The position numbers and the translations under genes are program-made. From Eledone cirrhosa (Eukaryota), in assembly GCA_964016885.1 (NCBI GenBank), contig OZ024743.1, positions 332,258,001 to 332,322,000 of the forward strand: a stretch of 64,000 bases of DNA. The letters are read 5' to 3'. The notes beneath the pieces are model-generated. The model was not told where the DNA came from. It did not search any database and saw only the letters and a program-made list of their open reading frames with translations. Positions 15,001 to 29,429 of the stretch are shown in pieces (position 1 is the first letter of the stretch; the number at the start of each line of letters is the position of its first letter).

Positions 15001-17208
15001 CTTGGGTATAAATATGAAATAATTTATAAGGGTACACGACATTGCTGTTCTTGGGTATAAATATGAAATAATTTATAAGGGTATACGACATTGCTGTTCT
15101 TGGGTATAAATATCAAATGATTTATAAGGGTACACAACATTGCTGTTCTTGGGTATAAATATGAAATAATTTATAAGGGTACACAACATTGCTGTTCTTG
15201 GGTATAAATATGAAATAATTTATAAGGGTATATGACATTGCTGTTCTTGGGTATAAATATGAAATAATTTATAAGGGTATACGACATTGCTGTCCTTGGG
15301 TATAAATATGAAATGATTTATAAGGGTACACAACATTGCTGTCCTTGGGTATAAATATGAAATGATTTATAAGGGTACACAACATTGCTGTCCTTGGGTA
15401 TAAATATGAAATAATTTATGAGGGTACACAACATTGCTGTCCTTGGGTATAAATATGAAATAATTTATAAGGGTACACAACATTGCTGTCCTTGGTAATA
15501 AATATGAAATGATTTATAAGGGTATATGACATTGCTGTCCTTGGGTATAAATATGTAATAATTTATAAGGGTATATGACATTGCTGTACTTGGGTATAAA
15601 TATGATATGATTTATAAGGGTACACAACATTGCTGTCCTTGTGTATAAATATGAAATGATTTATAAGGGTACACAACATTGCTGTCCTTGGGTATAAATA
15701 TGAAATGATTTATAAGGGTACACAACATTGCTGTCCTTGGTAATAAATATGAAATAATTTATAAGGGTACACAACATTGATGTCCTTGGGTATAAATATG
15801 AAATGATTTATAAGGGTACACAACATTGCTGTCCGTGGGTATAAATATGAAATAATTTATGAGGGTACACAACATTGCTGTCCTTGGGTATAAATATGAA
15901 ATAATTTATAAGGGTACACAACATTGCTGTCCTTTGGTATAAATATGAAATAATTTATAAAGGTATATGACATTGCTATCCTTGGATATAAATATGAAAT
16001 AATTTATAAGGGTACAACACAACATTGCTCTCCTTGGGTATAAATATGAAATAATTTATAAGGGTATATGACATTGCTGTCCTTGGGTATAAATATGAAA
16101 TAATTTATAAGGGTACACAACATTGCTGTCCTTGGGTATAAATATGAAATAATTTATAAGGGTATATGACATTGCTGTCCTTGGGTATAAATATGAAATA
16201 ATTTATAAGGGTACACAACATTGCTCTCCTTGGGTATAAATATGAAATAATTTATAAGGGTATATGACATTGCTGTCCTTGGGTATAAATATGAAATAAT
16301 TTATAAGGGTACAACACAACATTGCTCTCCTTGGGTATAAATATGAAATAATTTATAAGGGTATATGACATTGCTGTCCTTGGGTATAAATATGAAATAA
16401 TTTATAAGGGTACACAACATTGCTCTCCTTGGGTATAAATATGAAATAATTTATAAGGGTATATGACATTGCTGTCCTTGGATATAAATATGAAATAATT
16501 TATAAGGGTACAACACAACATTGCTCTCCTTGGGTATAAATATGAAATAATTTATAAGGGTATATGACATTGCTGTCCTTGGGTATAAATATGAAATAAT
16601 TTATAAGGGTACACAACATTGCTGTCCTTGGGTATAAATATGAAATAATTTATAAGGGTACACAACATTGCTCTCCTTGGGTATAAATATGAAATAATTT
16701 ATAAGGGTACACAACATTGCTCTCCTTGGGTATAAATATGAAATAATTTATAAGGGTACACAACATTGCTCTCCTTGGGTATAAATATGAAATAATTTAT
16801 AAGGGTATATGACATTGCTGTACTTGGGTATAAATATGAAATAATTTATAAGGGTACACAACATTGCTGTTCTTGGGTATAAATATGATATGATTTATAA
16901 GGGTACAACACAACATTGCTCTCCTTGGGTATAAATATGAAATAATTTATAAGGGTACACAACATTGCTGTTCTTGGGTATAAATATGAAATAATTTATA
17001 AGGGTACACAACATTGCTGTTCTTGGGTATAAATATGAAATGATTTATAAGGGTACACAACATTGCTGTCCTTGGGTATAAATATGAAATAATTTATAAG
17101 GGTACACAACATTGCTGTCCTTGGGTATAAATATGAAATAATTTATAAGGGTACACAACATTGCTGTCCTTGGGTATAAATATGAAATAATTTATAAGGG
17201 TACACAAC
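1..17208. repeat. 49-bp tandem satellite array (about 350 units), truncated by the window start
   Basis: Unit TGTCCTTGGGTATAAATATGAAAT(G/A)ATTTATAAGGGTA(CACA/TATG)ACATTGC recurs at 1, 50, 99 and onward without spacers. Occasional 52-bp units carry a 3-nt insertion (GTACAACACAAC). Ends abruptly at ...TACACAAC 17208. Confidence 0.99.
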
Positions 17209-17308
17209 TATATATATATATATATATATACTATATATATATATATACTATATATATATATATATACTATATATATATATATATACTATATATATATATA
17301 TATACTAT
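17209..17308. repeat. (TA)n microsatellite with periodic C interruptions
   Basis: Seen directly at the satellite/foldback junction. Confidence 0.95.
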
Positions 17309-18254
17309 ACTAGACATGAAAAATGCGCAAGCTCAAAAGTGCCACAGAATGTTATAATAAACCTTCAAAAGTGTGGGACTAGAGTTGTTGCTAAAAAATA
17401 TTGTAATCATTATATATCGTACATTCTGTGGCATCCTTTATAAAAATAGCTTAAACCAACGAAGCCTTTATTTTTACGCTATTTCACTTAGTTAATTCTT
17501 AGAGTGTAACATATAAAAATATCATTTACAACTATAAAATAAATTAATTAATATAATAACAGAGCTGCGGAGCTGAAATTTAGGAAATAATGGAGTATCG
17601 GATCCTGAGTTGGAGCCAGTCAATTTTTGGCCGACTCCGCAGCCCTGTATAATACATTTCATATTAAAGTTATTAATAAACCTCATGCAAATTACCACGA
17701 GATATTGATATTAGATATAAGATACAGCGCAATATCTACAGCTGTAAAAGTACGAAAGCGAAGTAATAATAAGTGGCTTAAGGTAATTCCAATATGAAAG
17801 TTTGTAGTGATAAAAATTTGATAATGCAATACGATTGTTAATATTATAGTTCTATGAAAATGTAACAATAGATAACTAAATTATTTTACTATTAGTATAT
17901 TTAAGAAATTATCATTATAGATTTGATCGTTCATATAAGCATCATATTAAGTTTCAACACAATTATTTTGTTACTATGAGTATATGATAATAATATTACG
18001 TAATTATTTATAGCTGTTATTACATTAAACATAGATGTATTTATTTTTATATGTTACACTCTAAGAATTAACTAAGTGAAATAGCGTAAAAATAAAGGCT
18101 TCGTTGGTTTAAGCTATTTTTATAAAGGATGCCACAGAATGTACGATATATAATGATTACAATATTTTTTAGCAACAACTCTAGTCCCACACTTTTGAAG
18201 GTTTATTATAACATTCTGTGGCACTTTTGAGCTTGCGCATTTTTCATGTCTAGT
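17309..18254. mobile_element. Foldback/MITE-like non-autonomous element with 213-bp perfect terminal inverted repeats
   Basis: 17309-17521 (ACTAGACATGAAAAATGCGC...ATATAAAAATA) is the reverse complement of 18042-18254 (...GCGCATTTTTCATGTCTAGT). The spacer is AT-rich and non-coding. Confidence 0.8.
17560..17647. mobile_element. 88-bp hAT-type MITE nested in the foldback spacer
   Basis: TIRs CAGAGCTGCGGAG / CTCCGCAGCCCTG (12/13 complementary). Flanks TATAATAA (17552-17559) and TATAATAC (17648-17655) form a 7/8 8-bp TSD, the hAT signature. Confidence 0.75.
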
Positions 18255-18809
18255 TTAATATTTTTTTAAGGCAACGCTTGTAATAACTCTAGTTAAACAG
18301 GATATATATTAATAATAAATTATCGTTGTAATGTAATTAGATTATGTAATTGTTATTATAAATTATCTTATAAATATTAGTGTAAGATGTATAAAAATAT
18401 TTTCAGACTTTTAATATAAACAACTACAAAAAACAATCAATATTAAATCAATATATTATACATAATAGAAAACATAAAATATACAATACAAAAACAAAAT
18501 ATTTACATACAATTGCAATTATCAGTGTATATACATTTTCTTTATATTCCCTGAGCAAATTAATAAGATTTGTTTTTATTGTACATAATTTGATGACTTG
18601 TTGGAGTGTATTAAAAGATAGCAACAATTTGTGATTAAATTGTTATCTTAAGCAACTCACTTTTTAATAGTTGTTGGCTGAGCGAAATTGTAAAAGCCTA
18701 TGAGCAAATATAAAAAAAAATACACAAACAACATTTCCTTGTGTTATTACAACATTAGATAAAATAATTGAGCAATGTCGTTATATTTTGCTCTTATTGC
18801 ACATTAATA

Positions 18810-18978
18810 GTGTTTCTATTTTTCGGCACAAATCCATTACGGCAGTCCATTACTGGTACTTTATTTTATCGAATTAGTAAGTATGAAAGTCGAAGTTAAC
18901 CTCGGCAGGATTTGAACTTAGAATGCAAAGGACCATAACAATACTGCAAAGCATGGTGTCTGACGCTCTACCAATACT
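18810..18978 (-). mobile_element. Degenerate tRNA-derived SINE (same family as 28.4-29.4 kb)
   Basis: Shares TACTGGTACTTTATTTTATCGA...AACCTCGGCAGGATTTGAACT...GACGCTCTACC with the copies at 28565-29397. Confidence 0.75.
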
Positions 18979-19208
18979 TGTGTTGAGCTGGTCATTAATT
19001 TATGGTGGTCGTGCGTGGAGTAGAGCAATCGCTAGTTGAAATATTATGAACAAAACATTTTTATTTGCCGAAGAACATATTTTCAATACTGTTTGTGAAT
19101 GTGACGAAGGAAATACATTCTGATATGGAACAGTGTACAAAGTGTGTCTGTGAATAACATAATGTTACCTCATGTTGTTGTCAAGACATAATGGATTTCG
19201 TATATCCA

Positions 19209-19408
19209 NNNNNNNNNNNNNNNNNNNNNNNNNNNNNNNNNNNNNNNNNNNNNNNNNNNNNNNNNNNNNNNNNNNNNNNNNNNNNNNNNNNNNNNNNNNN
19301 NNNNNNNNNNNNNNNNNNNNNNNNNNNNNNNNNNNNNNNNNNNNNNNNNNNNNNNNNNNNNNNNNNNNNNNNNNNNNNNNNNNNNNNNNNNNNNNNNNNN
19401 NNNNNNNN
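19209..19408. other. Assembly gap (200 N)
   Basis: Run of exactly 200 N. Contiguity across it is not established. Confidence 1.
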
Positions 19409-23163
<3,755 letters not shown>

Positions 23164-23305
23164 AGGAGGTGAGTTTTATTGTAGTACAATAAAGCAATGC
23201 AGATATCGGATAAGAAGCACTCTACAGTTTGTGGGACTGGAGTATGCATAATATAAGATCAAAAGATGGTTAAAGGAGTTCCATATATTTTATTATGCGC
23301 ATTTC

Positions 23306-23540
23306 TCTCAGAACTCATATGGTCCTTAAAAGACAAAAACATTAAATATAGCATCTTTTGGAAAAGATTTCTTCTGCATCCTCATACTTGAACAGCTCTC
23401 TATCTAAAATCTGTAATCTCTGCCTAAATGAAAAATTTACCATTATCTCTAACCTAGAATCCATAATAAATAGACGCTCAGATTTATTTTCTATCTGCCT
23501 GCATAAATTCCATAGAACTTTTCACAAAGTATACAGTTAA
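23306..23540 (+). pseudogene. Penelope GIY-YIG endonuclease C-terminal fragment (frameshifted)
   Basis: Translates as LSELIWSLKDKNIKYSIFWK / SSASSYLNSSLSKICNLCLNEKFTII...INRRSDLFSICLHK. Matches the LS..IW.LK...W.I...C.LC..EK...N.R.E....C.H pattern of Penelope endonucleases, also seen at 58434-58787. Confidence 0.8.
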
Positions 23541-24511
23541 TTCTTTATCATTTAGAATCTTTTCTCAAAGGCACATATACATACACCTCTTTAAAATATA
23601 CCCATCTACCTTACTTTAAAGGGCATTATACACTCTATAATACTCGTTTACTCATTACCCTCATTCTATCTTCTCGTAAAACAATAACATTTGTTTTTGA
23701 CATTTTGAATATTCATCCGCAATCATTATTATTTTTTCTCTCTATCATAAATCTTTTTAATCTCAATTTCATCCTTAATTTATTATTATTTTTTTCTCCC
23801 CATCAACGAACTCATTATTAATACATATGAATTCAATATACAAACTTTAACTTCACATTATTTTTCTCAAATCCTTCTACACATAAACATTAACATTTCT
23901 CTCTTTGCTAATTTTGAAATTGCCACAATACATACATTTCTTTTGACGTTAGAATATTCACCCACAATTATTATTTTTTTTTTCTCTCTCTATCTTCATA
24001 CATAATTTCCCTTCGTTAATTTTCAAATTCCTTTAATTTATACATTATCTTCCAACGGTTCCCAACCTCTCTATATTAAAACAATATATCTTTTTCTCAG
24101 TTATAAAAACTATCTCTTTCTCTCTATCACCCATCTCTCCCTCTCCACCTTCACTCTCATCTCCTCCCCCTTTTTTTCATCCTTTCCACCCCCCCCTCCC
24201 TAAATAAAATATTTTTTCCTCGCACATATCCCCCCTTCGTTAATTTTCAAAATTTTTAATTTATACAGTATCTTCCAACGGTTTTCAACCCCTCTATATA
24301 AAAAATATATCTCCTATCAGTTATAAAAACTATCTCTTTCTCTCTATCACCCATCTCTCCCTCTCATCTCCTTCCCTTCTCATCCTTTCCTCCCCCTCTC
24401 TAAATAAAATATTTTTCCCAATATCACACATCAATCTAAAACCACTTTTCATATGTTGATTTAAAACTGCACTATCAACAAGTGTTTTTTAGCCTTCATA
24501 TCATGTTCTCC

Positions 24512-24582
24512 TGTTTTATCTGATGAAAACACAAATATTATTGCTTGATGATGTTTGTTTTTGAAATGCGCATAATAAAATA
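24512..24582 (+). ncRNA. Type I hammerhead ribozyme (Penelope pLTR)
   Basis: Stem I TGTTTTAT (24512-19) / ATAAAATA (24575-82); core CTGATGA (24520-26); 12-bp stem II AAACACAAATAT / ATGTTTGTTTTT with one mismatch; GAAA (24563-66); palindromic stem III ATGCGCAT; cleavage triplet ATA ending at 24574. Confidence 0.85.
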
Positions 24583-24617
24583 TATGGAACTCCTTTAACC
24601 ATCTTTTGATCTTATAT

Positions 24618-25086
<469 letters not shown>

Positions 25087-25287
25087 AACGAGGGAAGTGT
25101 GGTAAGGAACCAGGTGGACCATAACGCACCAGAGTACTCGATACTTTGGGTAGTAGAGTGGGTAATAGGAAATGGTTCAAGACCCCCGACGGCAGAGCTC
25201 AAGCCGTTTCGACGGCTATTTCTGGACGCAGAAATAGCCGTCGAAACGGCTTGAGCTCTGCCGTCGGGGTCTTGAACCTTTTCCTAT
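25087..25287. mobile_element. Penelope-pLTR-derived palindrome (about 60-bp stem, GACG loop) inserted in (TA)n
   Basis: 25165-25224 pairs with 25229-25287 with one mismatch and one bulge. Each strand reads stem II-GAAA-stem III (ACGGC/GCCGT)-C, the 3' half of a hammerhead, but CTGANGA is absent. Confidence 0.65.
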
Positions 25288-25494
25288 ATATATATATATG
25301 ACTTGCAGTGAAACTGTGCCAGTGACCAGGTTGCAGACAGGGCGACGAAAATTTGGATACCAATGAACAAATGATGAATATAAAGTAAAGTTAACAGTTC
25401 TTTTTGTGTTTTTAAATGGCAAAAATGACTCTTCAGGGAAACTATGTTAATGTAAGTTAATTGGAAAAAAGTTCCTAGAAATGGAAAAGGAGAG

Positions 25495-25562
25495 AGCCAC
25501 CTGCATTAATCGAACCCCGCATCTGCCGTATGCTGGATGGCTGTAATACCATTACAAACTAA
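25495..25562 (-). mobile_element. Isolated tRNA-like SINE head
   Basis: Minus strand TAGTTTGTAATGGT (A-box-like) ... GGGGTTCGATT (B-box-like). No clean cloverleaf. Confidence 0.4.
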
Positions 25563-25579
25563 AACGTCTAAAGTCTGGC

Positions 25580-25846
25580 TCAAGCCAGGAGGCTCATCAG
25601 GCCAGTGTTTATCCTCCTTTCCATGGCATTAAGTGACTAAGAGTATAAGATTCTCCCTGGGCATGACGCCAATCCATCGCAGGGTTAAACCCCCAGCTAT
25701 TGCTGGTACTCATTTTCAGTTGAGTATACTGGAGCAATGTGGAATGAAGTGTTTTGCTTAAGAAGACAACACACAACCCAGTCCAGGAATGGAACCCATG
25801 ACATTATGATCGTAAGTCCAACACCCTTACCACTACGCCACACGTT
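25580..25846 (-). mobile_element. tRNA-derived SINE with CORE-like and V-like segments
   Basis: Minus strand GTGGCGTAGTGGTAAGG (A box), GGGTTCCATTCC (B box), then TTAAGCAAAACACTT...GCTCCAGTATACTCAACTGAAAATGAGTACC and CCCTGCGATGGATTGGC. Second copy at 47775-48052. Confidence 0.8.
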
Positions 25847-25899
25847 ACAAACTCCATAAGATAAGCTAAAGAGTCGATAGAATATCAAATTATATGTTT

Positions 25900-26381
25900 C
25901 CGTATTCGTTCCGTTTCTCTGCACTCTGTTTAAATTTCGCCTCATGTCATAGAAAATGCAATGACTCTTCTGCAAAGGAAACACATTCTCTTGTCTGATC
26001 TGACGATCGACTCCTGTTCTAATCTTTCCGTGCAGTTAACTAGAGTAGGGCTATTCAGCCTCGTCAATGTCGCCACTGGCTACATATCTTTTAGATGTGT
26101 CCATCTTGCAGCTTCTTTCGCTGTAGCTATCAAGTGAGGGAAGACTTGCAGCGCCTCCCTTCTAAATGAAGGTGGTTGTTCCATATTTATTGATAACCGG
26201 ATAAGTCCTACATATGGTAACAGTTGTTTGACACGAGCCCACTAGGCTACAATACATGAACACTGGGTGATAGCATGCAGGGTGATTCAGTCACCATGTG
26301 TGCATATTAGAAAACTTCTGTTGGTGGCACTTTCGTGTTTATAGAACTTGTCTCGAACTGGTTCTGCACCTCCGTAGCACT
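25900..26381 (-). mobile_element. Old degenerate Tx1-like LINE, 3' part (interrupted by the LTR element)
   Basis: TAGAACTTGTCTCGAACTGGTTCTGCACCTCCGTAGCACT aligns to TAGAGCTTGTCTCGAACTGGTAGAGCTCCTCGGTAGCACT at about 39703-39742 and to the 44083-44122 copy. Left boundary approximate. Confidence 0.7.
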
Positions 26382-26704
26382 TGTAGCAGTTGCCTCCCTT
26401 GTTGTGACACTCACAACACCATCTAGACAGGAAGTAGAACCCTTTCTGTAACTTCCGGTCAGAACCCTATAAAACTAACAACTTTAAGTTCTCACTCTCT
26501 CATTTGCCCTACCGGCGCCTGGCCTTCGCCAGGCGTCTTCTGCCAGCCGTGTTTGCCTGGCAATCAAACGGTAACTACTAACTTTGCTTCATTCTTTCGT
26601 TTATTCATTGGCATGTCAACTATTCTGTTAAATTGTTGATTAAATATTATACACACAAACGATGTCTCCTTCTTACATTCATACATGCTAGTATTTCCGC
26701 TATA
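26382..26704 (+). repeat. 5' LTR
   Basis: By my reading it differs from the 3' LTR by 5 substitutions and 1 indel. Contains TATAAAA near 26468. Confidence 0.93.
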
Positions 26705-26705
26705 T

Positions 26706-26737
26706 TGGTAACCCTGACGTGATACGAACACGCAGCC
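26706..26737 (+). promoter_or_regulatory. tRNA-Trp primer binding site with extension
   Basis: TGGTAACCCTGACGTGAT is 16/18 identical to the canonical Trp PBS TGGTGACCCCGACGTGAT. Complementarity continues as A-CGAACACGCAGCC. Confidence 0.85.
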
Positions 26738-28030
26738 GTTCATTGTTATAAGTGGTCACCCCGAAAAAAAAAAAAATAGCAGAATCTGGTGTTGTGTGAG
26801 TAACATTACGAATACACACCAAATTTATTGACAAACTATGAAAATACTCAGTCAAAGAAACGCACACACGCACATGTGAAATTCGCGTTCAGACAGACTT
26901 TTTCTCTCACGCATCAACTAACTGTCGCATTTCACGATATATATATATATATATATATGTTTCTCGTTTCTTACAACGAACACTTTCAAAAAAAAAAAAA
27001 AAAAATTTGATATTTTTTTTTTTTTAAAACATTTCAACAGGAACATTTATTTTCGATGAACCATTGCCTTTTTATTTTTTATTTTTTTTTTTTTTCATCG
27101 TTTTCTTCATCGTTCAAGTTTTTTTTCAAGTTCACACCAATAATTATGCTGAGTGAAGCCTTTCTTTTTCATCATTGTCACTTTCACACTTGCACTATCA
27201 TTTTCTCGCGCGTTAGAAATATTATTTTTTCAACCTAACTTAACCTTGTATTGGCACGTGTAGGCAGCACAAATTCTCAACTCACGGAGATATCTCGACT
27301 CACAGAGATAGCCGCACGCCAGAGATAACGTTTCTCGCCAAGGATTCTTCAGCCTTAAGCTATATTCTCCTATTTGCCGGTTTAAAAATTTACCACGTAA
27401 ATTTGCCGTTGAAAACTGCGCATTTATTCAGAATGCTTATTTCTTTGGTCGCTGGCCTCTTGACCCTTCCAGGTCAACGCATTCTCATCATCGACCATCA
27501 ACTTCGGCTGTTATTTCTAACACTTTGCGCAACTCATTTTTTCCGAAAAAAAATTTTTTTACTGTGAATTTAAACACCGAATACGCTCACTCCGCGAGAC
27601 AACAACATCAACAGCAACACAGCTTCATCAACAACCAAAACCAGCAGAACAAGCCAGAGAATTTATTTTTGCAGCACTCTTCCTGTGAGAAAATCCATTC
27701 GGAGGTTGGAAATTTCACGATATACCACAGAACAGAAACCACCTGCATTCATTCTCTGGAACACACTTTCTTTCCTGCTGTCATGTGATTGCACACCTGT
27801 GAACTATATTTTGTACATTTGAACTTTGAGCTCTTCTCTTACTTTATTACATTATATCTTTGGGTGATGGATAGATAGATGTCCAGTCGTTCTCTGGCCA
27901 AGAGCGGTTGGCTACCTTGATATCTATCATTGATTTTTGCAAACATTCTTTTGTCGTAATTTTCATGCCTGTTAAAACATTCTCGCCAACTTGCTACATA
28001 TTTCATTCGATTTTTATATTCTAAAATTCT

Positions 28031-28039
28031 GGCGGGAGG
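28031..28039 (+). promoter_or_regulatory. Polypurine-tract-like motif
   Basis: GGCGGGAGG ends 3 nt upstream of the 3' LTR. Confidence 0.6.
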
Positions 28040-28042
28040 TTA

Positions 28043-28366
28043 TGTAGCAGTTGCCTCCCTTGTTGTGACACTCACAACACCATCTAGACAGGAAGTAGAA
28101 CCCTTTCTGTAACTTCCGGTCAGAACCCTATAAAACTAACAACTTTAAGTTCTCACTCTCTCATTTGCCCTACCGGCGCCTGGCCTTCGCCAGGCGTCTT
28201 CTGCCAGCCGCGTTTGCCTGGCAATCAAAACGGTAACTACTAACTTTGCTTCATTCTTTCGTTTATTCATTGACATGTCAACTATACTGTTAAATTGTTG
28301 ATTAAATATTATACACACAAACGATGTCTCCTTGTTACATTCATACACGCTAGTATTTCCGCTATA
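28043..28366 (+). repeat. 3' LTR
   Basis: Direct repeat of 26382-26704. Confidence 0.93.
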
Positions 28367-28445
28367 CACTGTTATGGCAAGGAATTTTGGAAATTGTCCA
28401 TAATCCCTGACCCGACATTCCTCTAGAAGGGACTGCTCAAACTGT
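28367..28445 (-). mobile_element. Continuation of the old Tx1-like LINE beyond the LTR insertion
   Basis: CACTGTTATGGCAAGGAATTTTGGAAATTGTCCATAATCCC aligns to CACTGCCAGGCCAGGGACCTCTGGAAGTTGTCCATAGGTCCC (44119-44160). Confidence 0.7.
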
Positions 28446-28448
28446 CTT

Positions 28449-29425
28449 CAGCGGAATTTGACCTCAGAATGTAAAGAGCCAAAATAAATACCACAATGGC
28501 ATTTTATCCGACGCTCTACCAATTCTAAGCCACCACACTCACCGGAGCTCATAATAATAATAATGATTTCTACTATAGGCACAAGGCCAGCAATTTTGAG
28601 GGAGAGGAAAGTCAATTAAATCGACCCCAGTGTATTACTGGTACTCTATTTTATCGACCCCGTAATGATGAAATTCAAAGTTAAGCTCGGTAAAATTTGA
28701 ACTCAGGCCGTAAAAGGCCGTAACTCTATACTGCAAAGCATGTCAGACGCTCTACCGATACTGCGAATCCACCGCCCTCATAATAATTGTTTCTAATTTA
28801 GGCAAAAGACCAGCAATTTGAAGGGGTTGAGGGGGAGTCGATTAAATCGACCCCAGTGTATTACTGGTACTTTATTTTATCGACCCCGTAAGGATGAAAG
28901 GCAAAGCTAACCTCGACGGGATTTGAACTAAGAACGTAAAAGGCCGTAACTCTCTTCCGAGAAGCAGGGTGTCCGACGCTCTACCGATACTGCCAATCCA
29001 CTGCCCTACACCGCCCTCATAATAATTGTTTCTACGTTAGGCACAAGGCCAGCCATTACCCCAGCGTATTATTGGTACTTTATTTTATCGACCCCGTAAG
29101 GATGAAAGGCAAAGTTAACCTCGGCTGGATTTGAACTCAGATCGTAAAGGGACGTAACTGTGCTGGAAAACATGGCGTCCGACCCTCTACCGATACTGCC
29201 AATCCAGTAATAATAATTGTTTCTACTTTAGGCACAAGGCCAGCAATTACCCAGTGCATTACTGGTACTTTTATTTTATCGACCCCGTAAGGATGAAAGG
29301 CAAAGTCAACCTCGGTGGGATTTGAACTCAGATCGTAAAGGGACGTAACTGTGCTGGAAAGCATGGCGTCCGACCCTCTACTGATACTGCCAATCCAGTA
29401 ATAATAATAATGATTTAGGCACAAG
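28449..29425 (-). mobile_element. Head-to-tail cluster of about 5 tRNA-derived SINE copies (Nin/Deu-like central domain)
   Basis: Repeated ~180-230-bp unit. Minus strand reads TGGCAGTATCGGTAGAGCGTCGG (A box), GAGTTCAAATCC (B box), GCCTTTCATCCTTACGGGGTCGATAAAATAAAGTACCAG, then an (ATT)n tail. Confidence 0.85.
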
Positions 29426-29429
29426 GGAG

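Larger units (their letters stand above)
26382..28366 (+). mobile_element. Non-autonomous LTR retroelement (TRIM-like, probably Gypsy-derived)
   Basis: Two ~323-bp direct repeats TGTAGC...GCTATA; 4-bp TSD CACT (26378-81, 28367-70); tRNA-Trp PBS; purine tract before the 3' LTR; 1.34-kb interior without a recognisable long ORF. Confidence 0.93.

Noticed and set aside
1-17208. CRISPR-like array
   Set aside because: Units are contiguous with only a few recurring variant positions; there are no unique spacers, no cas genes, and the context is eukaryotic.
18055-18095. Hammerhead in the foldback arm (GAAATAGCGTA)
   Set aside because: No CTGANGA core upstream (CTAAGAA only) and no supporting stem I.
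25495-25562. Functional tRNA gene
   Set aside because: A- and B-box-like motifs only; acceptor and T stems do not pair convincingly.
27250-27790. gag/protease remnants or the 87-aa Gln-rich ORF in the LTR interior
   Set aside because: Only faint resemblance; I could not read a catalytic or zinc-knuckle motif in frame.
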